64,000 nt of DNA from Narcine bancroftii (lineage: Eukaryota), in the NCBI RefSeq assembly GCF_036971445.1, contig NC_091474.1, positions 185,442,001-185,506,000 on the forward strand, read 5' to 3'. Shown in pieces: positions 51,080-62,820 of this stretch. The position numbers and the translations under genes are program-made. The stretch's first letter is position 1, and each line of letters begins with the position of its first letter. The notes beneath the pieces are model-generated. The model saw only the letters and a program-made list of their open reading frames with translations. It had not been told where the DNA came from and ran no database searches.

Positions 51080-52788
51080 GGCCCATTGGCAAATAGTGTC
51101 TGCTCTACCATTCTAATCATGAACTGATCCATCCTTCCACTCAACCCCACTCCCTGGATTTCTCCCCTAAACCCTTGATCCCCTGACTAATCAAATATCT
51201 GTCAATCTCTGCCTTAAAGGCACCCAACCATCTCACTTCCACAGCTGCCTGTGTCAACAAGTTCCACAAACTCACAACCCTCTGACTAAAGAAATATTTC
51301 CGTATCTTTGTTATAAATTTACATTTTTTTTTCCTGATGGTTGTATCTGAGATAAAACAAGACATAGGTTCCCCAGCAAGACTCAATTCACACCAGTGCT
51401 CAAGGGCAGAATCAGGCTGGGAAATGTTCCGTCAAAGTTTGAGAGTGACATAAAACATTCAACAAATGATTCTGATAATCCGCCATTGTAAGTCATAAGT
51501 TTTCAATAGTTTAACGTTGAAAAAAACTTGCCAGTCCTATTATATTGTGATAGTACAGATCTAACACCACTGCCACCTCAGTGATACAGGCCCTTCACAG
51601 TATTTTCACTATCTTCGGGTACCCCAATTCCATCCACAGTGATAGGGGGTCCTCATTCATGAGTGCAGAGCTGCAACAGTACCTTCTGGAGTGTGGTATT
51701 GCTTCAAGCAGGACCACGAGCTATAACCCACGCGGTAATGGCCAGGTCGAGAGGGAGAATGCCACCATATGGAGAGCGGTTACACTGGCTCTCCGGTCTA
51801 AAGGTCTCCCCACCTCTCACTGGCAGGAGGTTCTCACTAGTGCTTTACACTCCATCCGCTCCCTCCTATGTACTGCAACAAATGCCACCCCCCACGAAAG
51901 GATGTTCCTTTTCCCGAGGAAATCCGAATCGGGAACCACTGTACCGGCATGGCTCACCGTCCCTGGCCCCGTCCTTTTGCGACGCCACGTCCGGCACTCA
52001 TAGAACGACCCCTTGGTCGACCGAGTGACTCTACTCCACGCAAACCCACATTACGCATACGTGGAGTTCCCAGACGGGCGGGAGGACACTGTTTCGGTGC
52101 GGGACCTAGCTCAGGACGCGGTAGACCCAGCAAACCCCCCAACTCCTTCTCCAGGCCCCGTGCCGCAACAGAAGGACCAACAGCATCCCAATGACCCGGG
52201 CCACCCTGCCGACAAAACGACTGGGGAATTGAGCGACGGAGCAATCGCTCCCGACGAGCCCGCTGGCAACACCACTCCAGTGACCCCAATCCCGGCACCA
52301 CGGCGGTCACGCCGGATGGTCAGACCCCCTGACCGCTACAGTCCTTGACCTACCCCTTCCTTTCATTCTCTCCCTCGTTTTTGTTTTTTTTTCCAGGGTC
52401 AATTCTCCAAGAAGGGGTGAATGTGATAGTACAGATCTATCACCAATGTACATAGTGTATATAGTTACTGTATCTAGACTGTGCTTACAGCGATTGGCTG
52501 AGAGCTAAGCCACTCCTATTGTCTGGGCCTTAAAGGGTTGTGTCCCTAGCCAGGTCAGATCATTCCGGACTGGTCGGCCACCTGTGAAGAGCTCCGGTCT
52601 TTTGCTAATAAAAGCCTTGGTTTGGATCAACAAGTCTGTGGTTCTTTCGACGAGCTCTACATATATCCAACCATCTTTTTCTACCTTCTTTGTCAGATAC
52701 GGGTTTTAAGGATTGATTATAGACTAGGTATTAAAAGTTTTAAAAGATCTTTTTATTAGAGATAATTTTGCTTCTTTTGACAGTAAAA
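51080..52788 (+). repeat. Left arm of a 588-bp inverted duplication (51080-51545 plus 52667-52788), split by a Gypsy insertion
   Basis: Reverse complement of 53289-53876 with ~3 mismatches; contains an antisense CR1 tail, unassigned sequence and the start of an L1 fragment. Confidence 0.97.
51546..52661 (+). mobile_element. Internally deleted Gypsy element: ~24-bp 5' LTR stub, integrase core and C-terminus, PPT, complete 240-bp 3' LTR (52422-52661)
   Basis: TSD TATAT (51541-51545 and 52662-52666); IHSDRGSSF, YNPRGNGQVER, TNATPHER, PRRSRRMVRPPDRYSP; in-frame stop at 52001-52003; PPT AAGAAGGGGTGAA. Confidence 0.96.
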
Positions 52789-53430
52789 CCAAATCAAGCA
52801 ATTAAGGGACATGATTCTAATTTGATCTTAAAAATCACTGATAAAGTTTGAAAAATCTTTTCCTAAAATTTTTCTGAACTAGAGCAAGCCCAAAACATAT
52901 GGACCAATGAAGCCTCAAAGATTTTACACTTATCACATAATGGATCAATATTAGAATAAAAGTGAGATAATTTAACTTAATATATGTACTCTGTGCACCA
53001 CATTGAATTGCAACAATGTCCTGCACAGAAAGTGGACCCGTTAATCAGATCATCTGCGTGTGATAAATTCAGATCAAGTTCCCAATCATTCTTGATCTTA
53101 ACTAGTGAAGCTTTTCTTAATCCATCAAATTATTGCAAATAATTGATATTGAGCCTCTATGACAAAGTTGAAAATGAAAAAAAAAATCAAGAATGTTTGC
53201 TTCGGAGATTCATGGAAAATCAGAGCATTTGGACTGAACAAAATATCTGGTAAAAATCTGAAAAAAATTTATTATTAGGTAGTTTAAATTTTACTGTCAA
53301 AAGAAGCAAAATTATCTCTAATAAAAAGATCTTTTAAAACTTTTAATACCTAGTCTATAATCAATCCTTAAAACCCGTATCTGACAAAAAAGGTAGAAAA
53401 AGATGGTTGGATATAATAGGACTGGCAAGT
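52789..53430 (-). mobile_element. Decayed L1 ORF2 C-terminal segment, inverted relative to its own 3' end
   Basis: Minus strand gives YRLGIKSF.DLFIRDNFASFD, KNDWELDL, PLCDKCK..EASLVHMFWACS across broken frames. Confidence 0.85.
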
Positions 53431-53876
53431 TTTTTTCAACGTTAAACAATTGAAAACTTATGACTTACAATGGCGGATTATCAGAATCATTTGTTGAATG
53501 TTTTATGTCACTCTCAAACTTTGACGGAACATTTCCCAGCCTGATTTTGCCCTTGAGCACTGGTGTGAATTGAGTCTTGCTGGGGAACCTATGTCTTGTT
53601 TTATCTCAGATACAACCATCAGGAAAAAAAAATGTAAATTTATAACAAAGATACGGAAATATTTCTTTAGTCAGAGGGTTGTGAGTTTGTGGAACTTGTT
53701 GACACAGGCAGCTGTGGAAGTGAGATGGTTGGGTGCCTTTAAGGCAGAGATTGACAGATATTTGATTAGTCAGGGGATCAAGGGTTTAGGGGAGAAATCC
53801 AGGGAGTGGGGTTGAGTGGAAGGATGGATCAGTTCATGATTAGAATGGTAGAGCAGACACTATTTGCCAATGGGCC
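53289..53876 (-). repeat. Right arm of the 588-bp inverted duplication (uninterrupted, carries the empty Gypsy site)
   Basis: GGTTGGATATAATAGGAC is the reverse complement of GTCCTAT-TATAT-CCAACC with a single TATAT. Confidence 0.97.
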
Positions 53877-54702
53877 AAAGGAAACTTTAGTTTTTAACCT
53901 CTCTGAGAGCTAGATGGGCAATTTTGATGAAATGGAAAGACAGCACTCCATCTACTCATATTCAATGGTTACACGATATCATGTCTTTCCTAAGTTTAGA
54001 AAAAAAATAAAAATGTAAAGTTTAACTTTCATAAGATGTGGGGCCCATTCATGGATTACTACCAGAATTTAAAAAAAACTGAGGAGTTTGGATGTTCCTG
54101 AGATGCATTGTCTGGTTTCTGGATGTTGTCATTCAATTCATATCTATGTATATTATTTATACATGTTAACCTTGTAACCTTGTTTAGAGACCATGAGTTT
54201 AGAGGGAGGAGTTTGATTACAAGGTGGGGGCGGGGGGGGGGGGGGCCTCCTTTTTCTCTTTTCTCTTTTCTTCAGAGACCTAATAGTTAAATGTGAGTTT
54301 AATTGAGAATGATAAACATTGATCATATTACAGAAGATAAAGTTAATATCTGAGAAATATAAATTCCCTGTCTTTTTATAAGGGGATTTTATTTCTAACT
54401 TACCTTAAAAGAAAGTATATTTTTGCCTCAGGTTTTTTTTAAAACTTCCCCCTTTCTGAGGGATTATCCTTTTTTTTATTCCTTTTCAATATTATATGTT
54501 ATGAAGAATGTGTCAACTGTTGATTCTATCCAATCTTAGATTTAATGTTTTGGATATGATTAAGTTAAGAAAAGAATTATGGCGATGTTTTTCATTTACA
54601 ATTTATGTTCATTATGTATGTGATCCAGTTTATGCCATTTGCACGATTATTGTGCACAGGTTTTTATTAAACTCAATAAAAAATATGTTAAAAAGGAAAA
54701 GA
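53877..54702 (+). mobile_element. L1 ORF2 end and 3' UTR
   Basis: TSLRARWAILMKWKDSTPSTHIQWLHDIMSFLSLEK, KMWGPF; G-run; ends CTCAATAAAAAATATGTTAAAAAGGAAAAG. Confidence 0.85.
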
Positions 54703-55134
54703 TCACTGAGTAAAGTTCAATATAAAAAAATTGCTGGAGAAACTCAGCAGGTCATGTGGCATCCATGGAGAGAAATAGGCATTTGATGTTTTGGGCCTAG
54801 ACATTTCATCAGGAATACCAAGGTCAATCAAACGCATGAGTAAGAAAGTGGGGGATTCAACCATGTGTTTCCATAGAGGCTGCAGCATTCTCATCCCACT
54901 TTTCAAATCTTTTACGATCTAATTGAAGGGGGGGGGGGGGTTGAAAATGTAGCTCCTTGTTGAACTCTGATGCATTGAACATTCACTGCCTTAACAGTGT
55001 TGATTTTAGAAGAATATTTTCGGCCACCAAGACTGATCTAACAGCTAAGTGTGAAAGTAGCTTTTAAACAGCTGTTTATAAGCAATTATTTATATGATGC
55101 CACTGCTATGGAATTCAGTCTCTCCTGTCCAATA

Positions 55135-56165
55135 AAAGCACACTGAAATGCAGAAGGAACTCCGCCAGTCCTTTCAGCGTCCAATGGCAAATAAGATATT
55201 TTGCCAACATTTCCAGCTTGAACCCTTCATTGAGGAATAAGTGGAATTAGCAAAATTCAGAAAATATCAGAATACAGACTATTCTGGCTGGGGAGGAATC
55301 CAGACCAATAAAAGATTTAATTTGGATATGATAAGGAGAGAGGTGAGAATTTAGCACATCTGTGGGAAAGGAGACAGGGAAAAGGGAGAAAGACTGAGCT
55401 GGGGGAAGGTGTCCGGGGGTGGGGGGGGGGAAATTTTAATCTAAAGCCAGAGAAGTTGATATTAATTCCATCCAGTTAGAGGGTATCCAGTCAGAAGATG
55501 AAGTGTTGTTCCTCCAAATTACAGGTGGTCTTAATCTGGAGTGCATGGGCAGACATGTCAGCAAGAGTAAGAGATGAGGAATTGATGTTGGTGGCCACAG
55601 GGAAATGCGCACTATTGCGTTGGACACAGCTGAGGAGCTCAACAAAGCAAACTCCCAGTCAGTGCCCAGTTTTTCTGACGTAGAAGAGTCCACAACATCA
55701 GCATCAGATGTAGTAGATAACCCCTGCAGATTCACATGTGAAATGTTGGAAGGTCTGTTTGTGGCCCTGACTGGTGGTGAGAGAGGAAGTGTGGGTGCAA
55801 GTGGAGCATCTCCTGCGGTAACAGGGGTTAGTGCCATGGAGATGATTGGTGGGGAGGGAGAAGTGGACATGGGAGCCATGAAGAGAGAGGACTCTGTGGA
55901 AAGCGGAAAGGGGAAGAGAGGCGAATTATGTGTCTAGTGGTAGGATCATGTAGTAGGTGGCGGAAATGGCAGATGAGGATGTGTTAGATGCAAAGGCTGG
56001 TGGGGTGGTAGGTGAGGACAAGAGGAATCTTGTTCTTGTTGCACATAGGAATTGAGGAGGCCAGTGCAGATATGCGAGTAATGGAGGATATGCAGGTGAG
56101 GGCCAAGTTGATGGTGGTAGAGGGAAAGCCACGTTGTTTGAAGAAAGAGGACATCTCTGATGAGT
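55135..56165 (-). mobile_element. Penelope-like element, 5'-truncated (RT C-terminus, GIY-YIG endonuclease, terminal region)
   Basis: SEMSSFFKQRGFP, KIPLVLTYHP, TCESAGVIYYI, LFYVRKTG (decayed GIY-YIG), PVAT; terminal motif also seen at 5765, 28870, 49135, 50456 and 54725. Confidence 0.85.
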
Positions 56166-56918
56166 AACGACCCTTTGAACCCTTGTATAAAGCTAATATA
56201 GACAACAATATGTTTAGAAGAGTTTTACAAAATTGTGCATCCTGAATGCAGAGACTCCATTGTTTTAAATTCAAACTGAAAATTAAGGTGAAGGCTCTCT
56301 GCAATTTTCCATCTACTGTATTTACTTTGAATTATTGAAACTTTAGTGGAAGACTTGCCACATTACATTTTGTTAAAATTTGCCTTTAATATTATAAGAG
56401 AACCATATGAGAATCTACAGCTTTTATGTTTCTAACATATAAATCATCTGCAATATTGATCCCAGGTTGCAGTCAGAGTAGCAAGACTCTTTTTCTGAAA
56501 AAAAAAGGCCCTGCAGCTGCCTGGACAATGATATATTGGGCAGATCATATCTAATTTTAGTTTCTGAAAAAAAATCTGCCGTCAGCTTTGGTTTAAAATA
56601 TGAACCTGTGTGGTGGTGTTAATCAGAAATTATGCAAGTAATGTTGTGTATGAAATTCAGCAAATAGATATCAGAGAGAAATCAACATATGCCAAATTGC
56701 ACCATAAATAAAACAATAATGAAATGTTGGAGGTACATTTGCAAGTCCATGTGAAGGACTGGCACTAGGGTGTCTCTGGTCATTTGAAGATGCACTTCAA
56801 AAGCTGTTTGCCCCCAGTTGGATTTGATGCAAGGAAAAAGAAAAGCGGAGTTGTGAAGTGATTCACTTAAAAGCCTAAAGTAATCTACATATCAATAAGT
56901 GTGAAGTTCTATTTCTTT

Positions 56919-57816
56919 AGGCCATTTCATGTCAGGCCTCCGCCTGGAGGCTGGCTACAAGAGCGGATCTAAAACTTACCTTTCAGATAGCAGCCCTAAA
57001 AGGCTGCTCCAGCGTCCCATTTATATCCAGAGGTGCCTTGTAGATCCCTCCAGAGCTGATGGAGGCAGGGGCGACTGGTACCATAGTGCCACCTGTCATT
57101 AAAAAAGTGGCAGAGCAATGGCCGTCTTCCCTACCCATAATCCCCCATGCAGTTAAAACCGCTCTGTGGTTCCCAGAACAGGTCCAGCTGTGCGGGGGTT
57201 TATGGGTAGGAAAGATGGCCATTGCTCTGCCATGTTTTGAGCCACAGAGAGTGGCCCCAAACACCAAAGAGGCCCAGTGTGGCTGTCTCAGCTTGTACTG
57301 GCTGCTCCCAACAGCTCCGGCCAGCTCCGACAGCTCCTGTTGCTCAGACGGCTCCTGCTGTCCTGCTAGCACCGCTGACAGCTCCCGCTGCCCTGACAGA
57401 CCCCGCTGCCCTGATGGCCCCTACTGGTAGCTCCCACTTCCCCGAGGGCTCCCGCTGCCCCGACAGCCCCCACTGATGGCCCCCGCTGCCCCAAAGGCTC
57501 ACACTGCCCCGACAGCCCCCACTAACAGCTCCCGCTGCCCCGACAGCTGCCACCCCTGCCTTGGAGGGAGAGGGTTGATTGGGGAGGTGGGTCACGGGCT
57601 GACAGCATCATCAGCCCGTCCCAACCAGCCACGCAGCGGTTGTACATTCAGGTCAGGCGGCGGAGCGCAGCACTCCACTGATTATACTTCCCCAAGAAGG
57701 GTTGGAATCGACGCCTCGGAGCCAGCCATGGTGCATTCAGGAAGGTACGTCTTTAGCCATAAGGGCGAAGAACCTTCACCTTTACAGATGGGTGTTTTCC
57801 TTGCTTGAAGGTGCCT
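56919..57816. mobile_element. GC-rich non-autonomous TIR element (PIF/Harbinger-like, tentative)
   Basis: Imperfect TIRs AGGCCATTTCA / TGAAGGTGCCT, left end overlapping a TTA; internal hairpin at 57108-57232; minisatellite; core shared with 19911-21035. Confidence 0.55.
57310..57560. repeat. Degenerate ~17-bp minisatellite (GACAGCTCCCGCTGCCC-like)
   Basis: Repeated ACAGCTCCCGCTGCCC and CAGCCCCCACT units. Confidence 0.85.
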
Positions 57817-57994
57817 TCTAGCACAAGTGTTCAGATGTGTGGGAATATGTAATAAACACTGGAGGAAGATGTTGAGCTATTAAAGAAGAATGATCAGAGA
57901 AAAAGGATTTGCTAGAAGGAGTCTGGGCTAAAGAGGAAAAGTTTAGAAAATCTGTGTTAATCTTGTCCATTTAAGATAACTTTATGTTCAACAT

Positions 57995-59203
57995 GGAGGA
58001 CCTCAGTTTTCTTCAGGCTGACTTCCAGGCCAAACATTTTGGCAGTTTCCGCAAAGAAGGACGTCAAGCGCTGAAGAGCTGGCTCTGAATGGGCAGCTAA
58101 AGCGGCATCGTCTGCAAAGAGTAGTTCACGGACAAGTTTCTCTTGTGTCTTGGTGTGAGCTTGCAGGCGCCTCAGATTGAAGAGACTGCCATCCATGCGG
58201 TACCGGATGTAAACAGCGTCTTCATTGTTGGGGTCTTTCATGGCTTGGTTCAGCATCATGCTGAAGAAGATTGAAAAGAGGGTTGGTGCGAGAACACAGC
58301 CTTGCTTCACGCCATTGTTAACTGAGGTCCTCCATCAGCCAGCTCCCCACCATGACTACCAGCCCCCCCACATCTCCATCGGGCACACAAAACTCAAAAC
58401 GGTCAACCAGTTTACCTATCTCGGCTGCACCATTTCATCAGATGCAAGGATCGACAATGAGATAGACAACAGACTCGCCAAGGCAAATAGCGCCTTTGGA
58501 AGACTACACAAAAGAGTCTGGAAAAACAACCAACTGAAAAACCTCACAAAGATAAGCGTATACAGAGCCGTTGTCATACCCACACTCCTGTTCGGCTCCG
58601 AATCATGGGTCCTCTACCGGCACCACCTACGGCTCCTAGAACGCTTCCACCAGCGTTGTCTCCGCTCCATCCTCAACATCCATTGGAGCGCTTACACCCC
58701 TAACGTCGAAGTACTCGAGATGGCAGAGGTCGACAGCATCGAGTCCACGCTGCTGAAGATCCAGCTGCGCTGGATGGGTCACGTCTCCAGAATGGAGGAC
58801 CATTGCCTTCCCAAGATCATGTTATATGGCGAGCTCTCCACTGGCCACCGTGACAGAGGTGCACCAAAGAAAAGGTACAAGGACTGCCTAAAGAAATCTC
58901 TTGGTGCCTGCCACATTGACCACCGCCAGTGGGCTGATATCGCCTCAAACCGTGCATCTTGGCGCCTCACAGTTTGGCGGGCAGCAACCTCCTTTGAAGA
59001 AGACCGCAGAGCCCACCTCACTGACAAAAAGCAAAGGAGGAAAAACCCAACACCCAACCCCAACCAACCAATTTTCCCTTGCAACCGCTGCAATCGTGTC
59101 TGCCTGTCCCGCATCGGACTTGTCAGCCACAAACGAGCCTGCAGCTGACGTGGACTTTTTACCCTCTCCATAAATCTTCGTCCGTGAAGCCAAGCCAAAG
59201 AAG
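57995..59203 (+). mobile_element. RTE-clade LINE with an inverted 5' segment (minus 57995-58320; plus 58321-59203)
   Basis: Perfect 11-bp TSD ATGTTCAACAT (57984-57994 and 59204-59214). Minus ORF GVKQGCVLAPTLF...LFADD; plus ORF open from TEVLHQ to SHKRACS. Confidence 0.97.
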
Positions 59204-60124
59204 ATGTTCAACATAGTTTTCTCATTTCTTCAAGAGCCGCTAGAGATGAAGATGAGTCAACTATTTTGCTCTGCATCTGGAGTAATAAAAAGGCAAGACA
59301 GTGAATGTTAGGAAAGCAGATATATCTCCTGAAAGGTGAACAAATTTATTTTTATGTAAAAATTCATCCAGATTTACTTAATAAGATTAAATTAAAAATG
59401 TGTTTGCTTGATATTAATATTTAAATATTCAAGATTTATACATAAATTTTGCTTTTTTTTTAGATGAAACAGTAACTTGGATATGAAAGATCAGTTTATT
59501 GTTGCAAATAAGAACATGCGGGTAACTGCCAATACTTATTTCTCTTTATTCCTAATCAGCGAATCCACAATATATTTCATCTCAATGCCGATGCAAGGCT
59601 GTGCCATTATCCTGACACTTTTATCAACCTCCTTTTCAGCAGAGCTGAACTTCCAACAATCTCCTGTCAAAATGAAGCTTATCTACAAGACTAATGAAAA
59701 TTATTTAACTGGTGTAACCAATGTTGTAGAATCAAGGTCACCCCAATCTTAGTGGTCAGACTAATGCAAATGATGCTTGTGCACATTCAAGGCCAAGCTC
59801 CTCATTAACTCATTCAGTGAGGCATGAAAAGATGGACTCATCACTCCACATCGATGAACAACAGTTCTCTTCCAATCTGTCCCCAATGCAGCTGCCTCAT
59901 CAATAAAAAAATTCAAGATAAGATCCTGAAAAATGTGGTCCACTCCCCATATTTTGGGGACCACCTTTGAATGAAAGCAGGTGTGGATGATGAAATTCAC
60001 CACAGCCTTTGTCAACACAGCCTTTGCCCAACTGAGGAAAAGAAAGTATCAAGACCACAAAACTCATGGTCTATCAAACAGCAGTGACCCCTGCTTTCTG
60101 AAGTGTAAACTGGGAAGTAAAATG

Positions 60125-60420
60125 CCATTAACCTTTTGTGCTGAGTCTTTTGTTAGGAATTGAGGAAAATGGCAGACACCTGAATAAAAAGGTGGGGGGG
60201 GAGGAGCAGAGGAGAGGAGGGAAGAAGGAGAAGCACAGGCTAATAGGTAAGAGGGAGCAGGTGAATTCAGGTGGGAGGGTAGGAGAAAGACGCTGAGAAG
60301 TGTTAGGGGAAGAGAACAGAGGGCTAACAATGGTAGCTCGCTGATAGAAGGAAGGGGGTAGGGAGCTGGAGGAAGGGACACAGAGGGAAGGGAAATACTG
60401 TGAATAAAACCACAAAAAAA
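60125..60420 (-). mobile_element. Penelope-like 3' region remnant
   Basis: Purine-rich tract with GGCAGACACCTGAATAAAAAGG, similar in layout to 55200-55430 and 28630-28870. Confidence 0.5.
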
Positions 60421-60832
60421 TTCACTCCTCATAATTGGCTTCACTGAAGCCAATGGAATTGAATGTGTGAAAATGAGAATAACCACCATCCTGAACTCAC
60501 TGGCGCATTCAACAATGGTTACCAATGTATGGTTTTCAGACTGCAGGCATGTAGCGGCACAATCAAGGAATTTTGCCATTACTCAGGCAGTCTAAAAAGG
60601 AATGTGCAGGAATTTTGAGTCAATTCCTGCACCACGATTTATCCTGCAGGACCCTTATAATTTTTTGGAGGAAGCCTGCAGTGTAAATCGTACCAGAAAA
60701 ATTTGTTGATGGTCATCCACTCTACTTTATGTCCAACCATCAGGACTGCTGCACTCAGCTGCTTGAAGTCTAAAAAGGCGCCAAAGCTATTTCTATTAAT
60801 TCTCTCTCTAATTGTCTTCTTAGGAAGAGCAG

Positions 60833-62820
60833 TCACTGTTGCACCTTCCTAACGAGTGAGGAGATGTGTGTCCAGGATAGGTCACTTGTTAAGGGGACTC
60901 CAAGGAACTTGGTGCTCTCTACTCTTTCCACTACTGAGTTATTAACATGTAGTGGAGGGTGGTGATTCCTGGTCCTCCTAAAGTCCACGATCATCTCCAT
61001 CTTATCCACATTGAGACTCAGGTTGTTATTCTCGTACTGTATCACAAGATTTCCCACCTCTTCTCTGTAGTGCAACTCATCATTGTTAAGCCAACTAATT
61101 TTTTTTTAAATTAGACATACAGCATGGTAACAGACCATTTCAGCCCACAAGTCTATGCCACCCAATTTTACACCTTATTACCTTATCCTCTGGTACGTTT
61201 TGAACTACTGTTGTGCATCTGCAAACTTGACGACTCTGTGGGAGCTGGATCTGGTGTTGCAGAAGTGGGTCAGTAGCATGAACAGGAGCAGGCTAAGAAA
61301 CGGCATTGAAGTGTTCCAGTGCTCAGTGTGATGGTGCTCGATGTTCTGCTACCAACTCAGGCAGGCTGCGGCCTTTCCATTAGGAAGTCCAGCATCCAGT
61401 TCCAGAGAGGGGTGTTGAGTCCCAGAGAGGAAGGAGAGCTTCTCCACCAGCCTCTGGGGAATAATCATTTACAATGCCAGTCTGAAGTCAATGAACAACT
61501 GCTAAACATATGAGATGTCATTCTCCAGGTGGGTCAGGATGGAATGGAGGGTCAAGGCAATAGCATCATGAGTGGAATGGTTCTGTCTGAAGGTGAATTG
61601 AAATGAGTCCAGTATCCCTGGGAATTTCCTTTAACGTGTTCCATCAGGAGACGCTCAAAGCATTTCATAATGGTAGAGATCAGTGCCACGGGACTGTAGT
61701 CATTGAGGCCTCTTACTGTCACCCTCTTTGGCACAGGGGTGATGGTGGCTGTCTTGAAACCTGCGGGAATAATGGACTGCTGAAGTGATGTGTTGTAGAT
61801 GTCTATGAAGACCTCTGTCAGTTGATCTGCACAGTCATTCAGTACCCGACAGGTATGTTGTCTGGTCCCATTGCCTTGTGTGGGTTTACCTTGGATAGGG
61901 TTGTCCTCAACTTGGCTACAGTTATGCAGGGGTCCCGTTCATCTGGGGACACGGAGCTTTTTTCAGCATCAGCCTGTCCTTCTCATCAAACTCTGCATAG
62001 ATGTTCAGACTGGCTGGAAGGGAGGCATTGTTGTCTTTAACTCACAAGGTTATCTTGTGATCTGTTATAGATTTGATTACTTGCCATGTGTGCCAAATTG
62101 CACAGCTGTCTATAGATCTTCTGTACGACCCATGCTTTGCTTGCTGATTTTAGTTGCATCTTCTCCCCTGTTCTGAGGCATCATCACAAGCTCCAAGAAG
62201 TGTCCGGACATCCTCATCCAACCATGATTTCTGGTTAGCCCTGGTTGTGAAGGATTTGACCTCGGTGACATCCTTGATGCACTTGCTGTTGTAGCCAGTC
62301 ACTGAGCTTGTGTACTCCTTGGTGTTTACATGACCGTTGTAGATGGCCACTTCCTTGAAACAGCTCATCTGTGGTCTCAAAACAATCCTGTAACACTGCT
62401 GTAACAAACCACCCCTCCCCATCCCCCCACCCCACCACAGCACCCACCCATCCACACCCTGATTTCCCTGCAAACTGGCTTAGGTTATTATAACAGCAGT
62501 CTGTTTGCCAGGGTTAGCAGGAAGGATCTGAGTAACCAAGGTGGAGGTGAGGGGCAGACTTGTATGCACCTGGACATTGGTGTACACCCGATCCAGGGTG
62601 TTCTCTCCTCTGGTGGCAAAGTTGAAACAATGGCAAGGTTGTTTTCAGGTTGGCAAGGTTGAAGTCACAAGCTACCATCATGGGACCATCAGAGTGGGAT
62701 GTTTAGGCTTCGCTGATGGCACCATGAACCCCCTTCATGACTTCACTCTCAGGAACCGAAGGCAGAACGTAGACTGCATCAATCAGCTTAGCCAAGAATT
62801 CCTTGGGCTGGTCTGCATTT
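60833..62820 (-). mobile_element. Decayed Rex1/Babar-like LINE (endonuclease end through RT), with a SINE tail inserted at ~61100-61203
   Basis: NFATRGENTLDRVYTNV, NQKSWLD, LNDYSPVALISTIMKCFERL, KFADA, LSLNVDK.EMIVDFRR, VERVESTKFLGV. Confidence 0.88.

Noticed and set aside
51141-53815. Two identical 81-aa ORFs (51141-51386 minus, 53570-53815 plus) suggesting a duplicated gene
   Set aside because: They are a CR1 ORF2 tail (FFSQRVVSLWN) fused to flanking sequence and copied by the inverted duplication; the start codon is non-ATG.
57310-57560. CRISPR-like array or Pro/Ala-rich coding repeat
   Set aside because: Degenerate tandem minisatellite with no unique spacers, in a eukaryotic transposon context; overlapping ORFs reflect GC richness.
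58225-59148. 307-aa ORF as a host or novel protein
   Set aside because: The first ~32 aa are antisense RTE read across the inversion junction; the rest is the RTE C-terminus.
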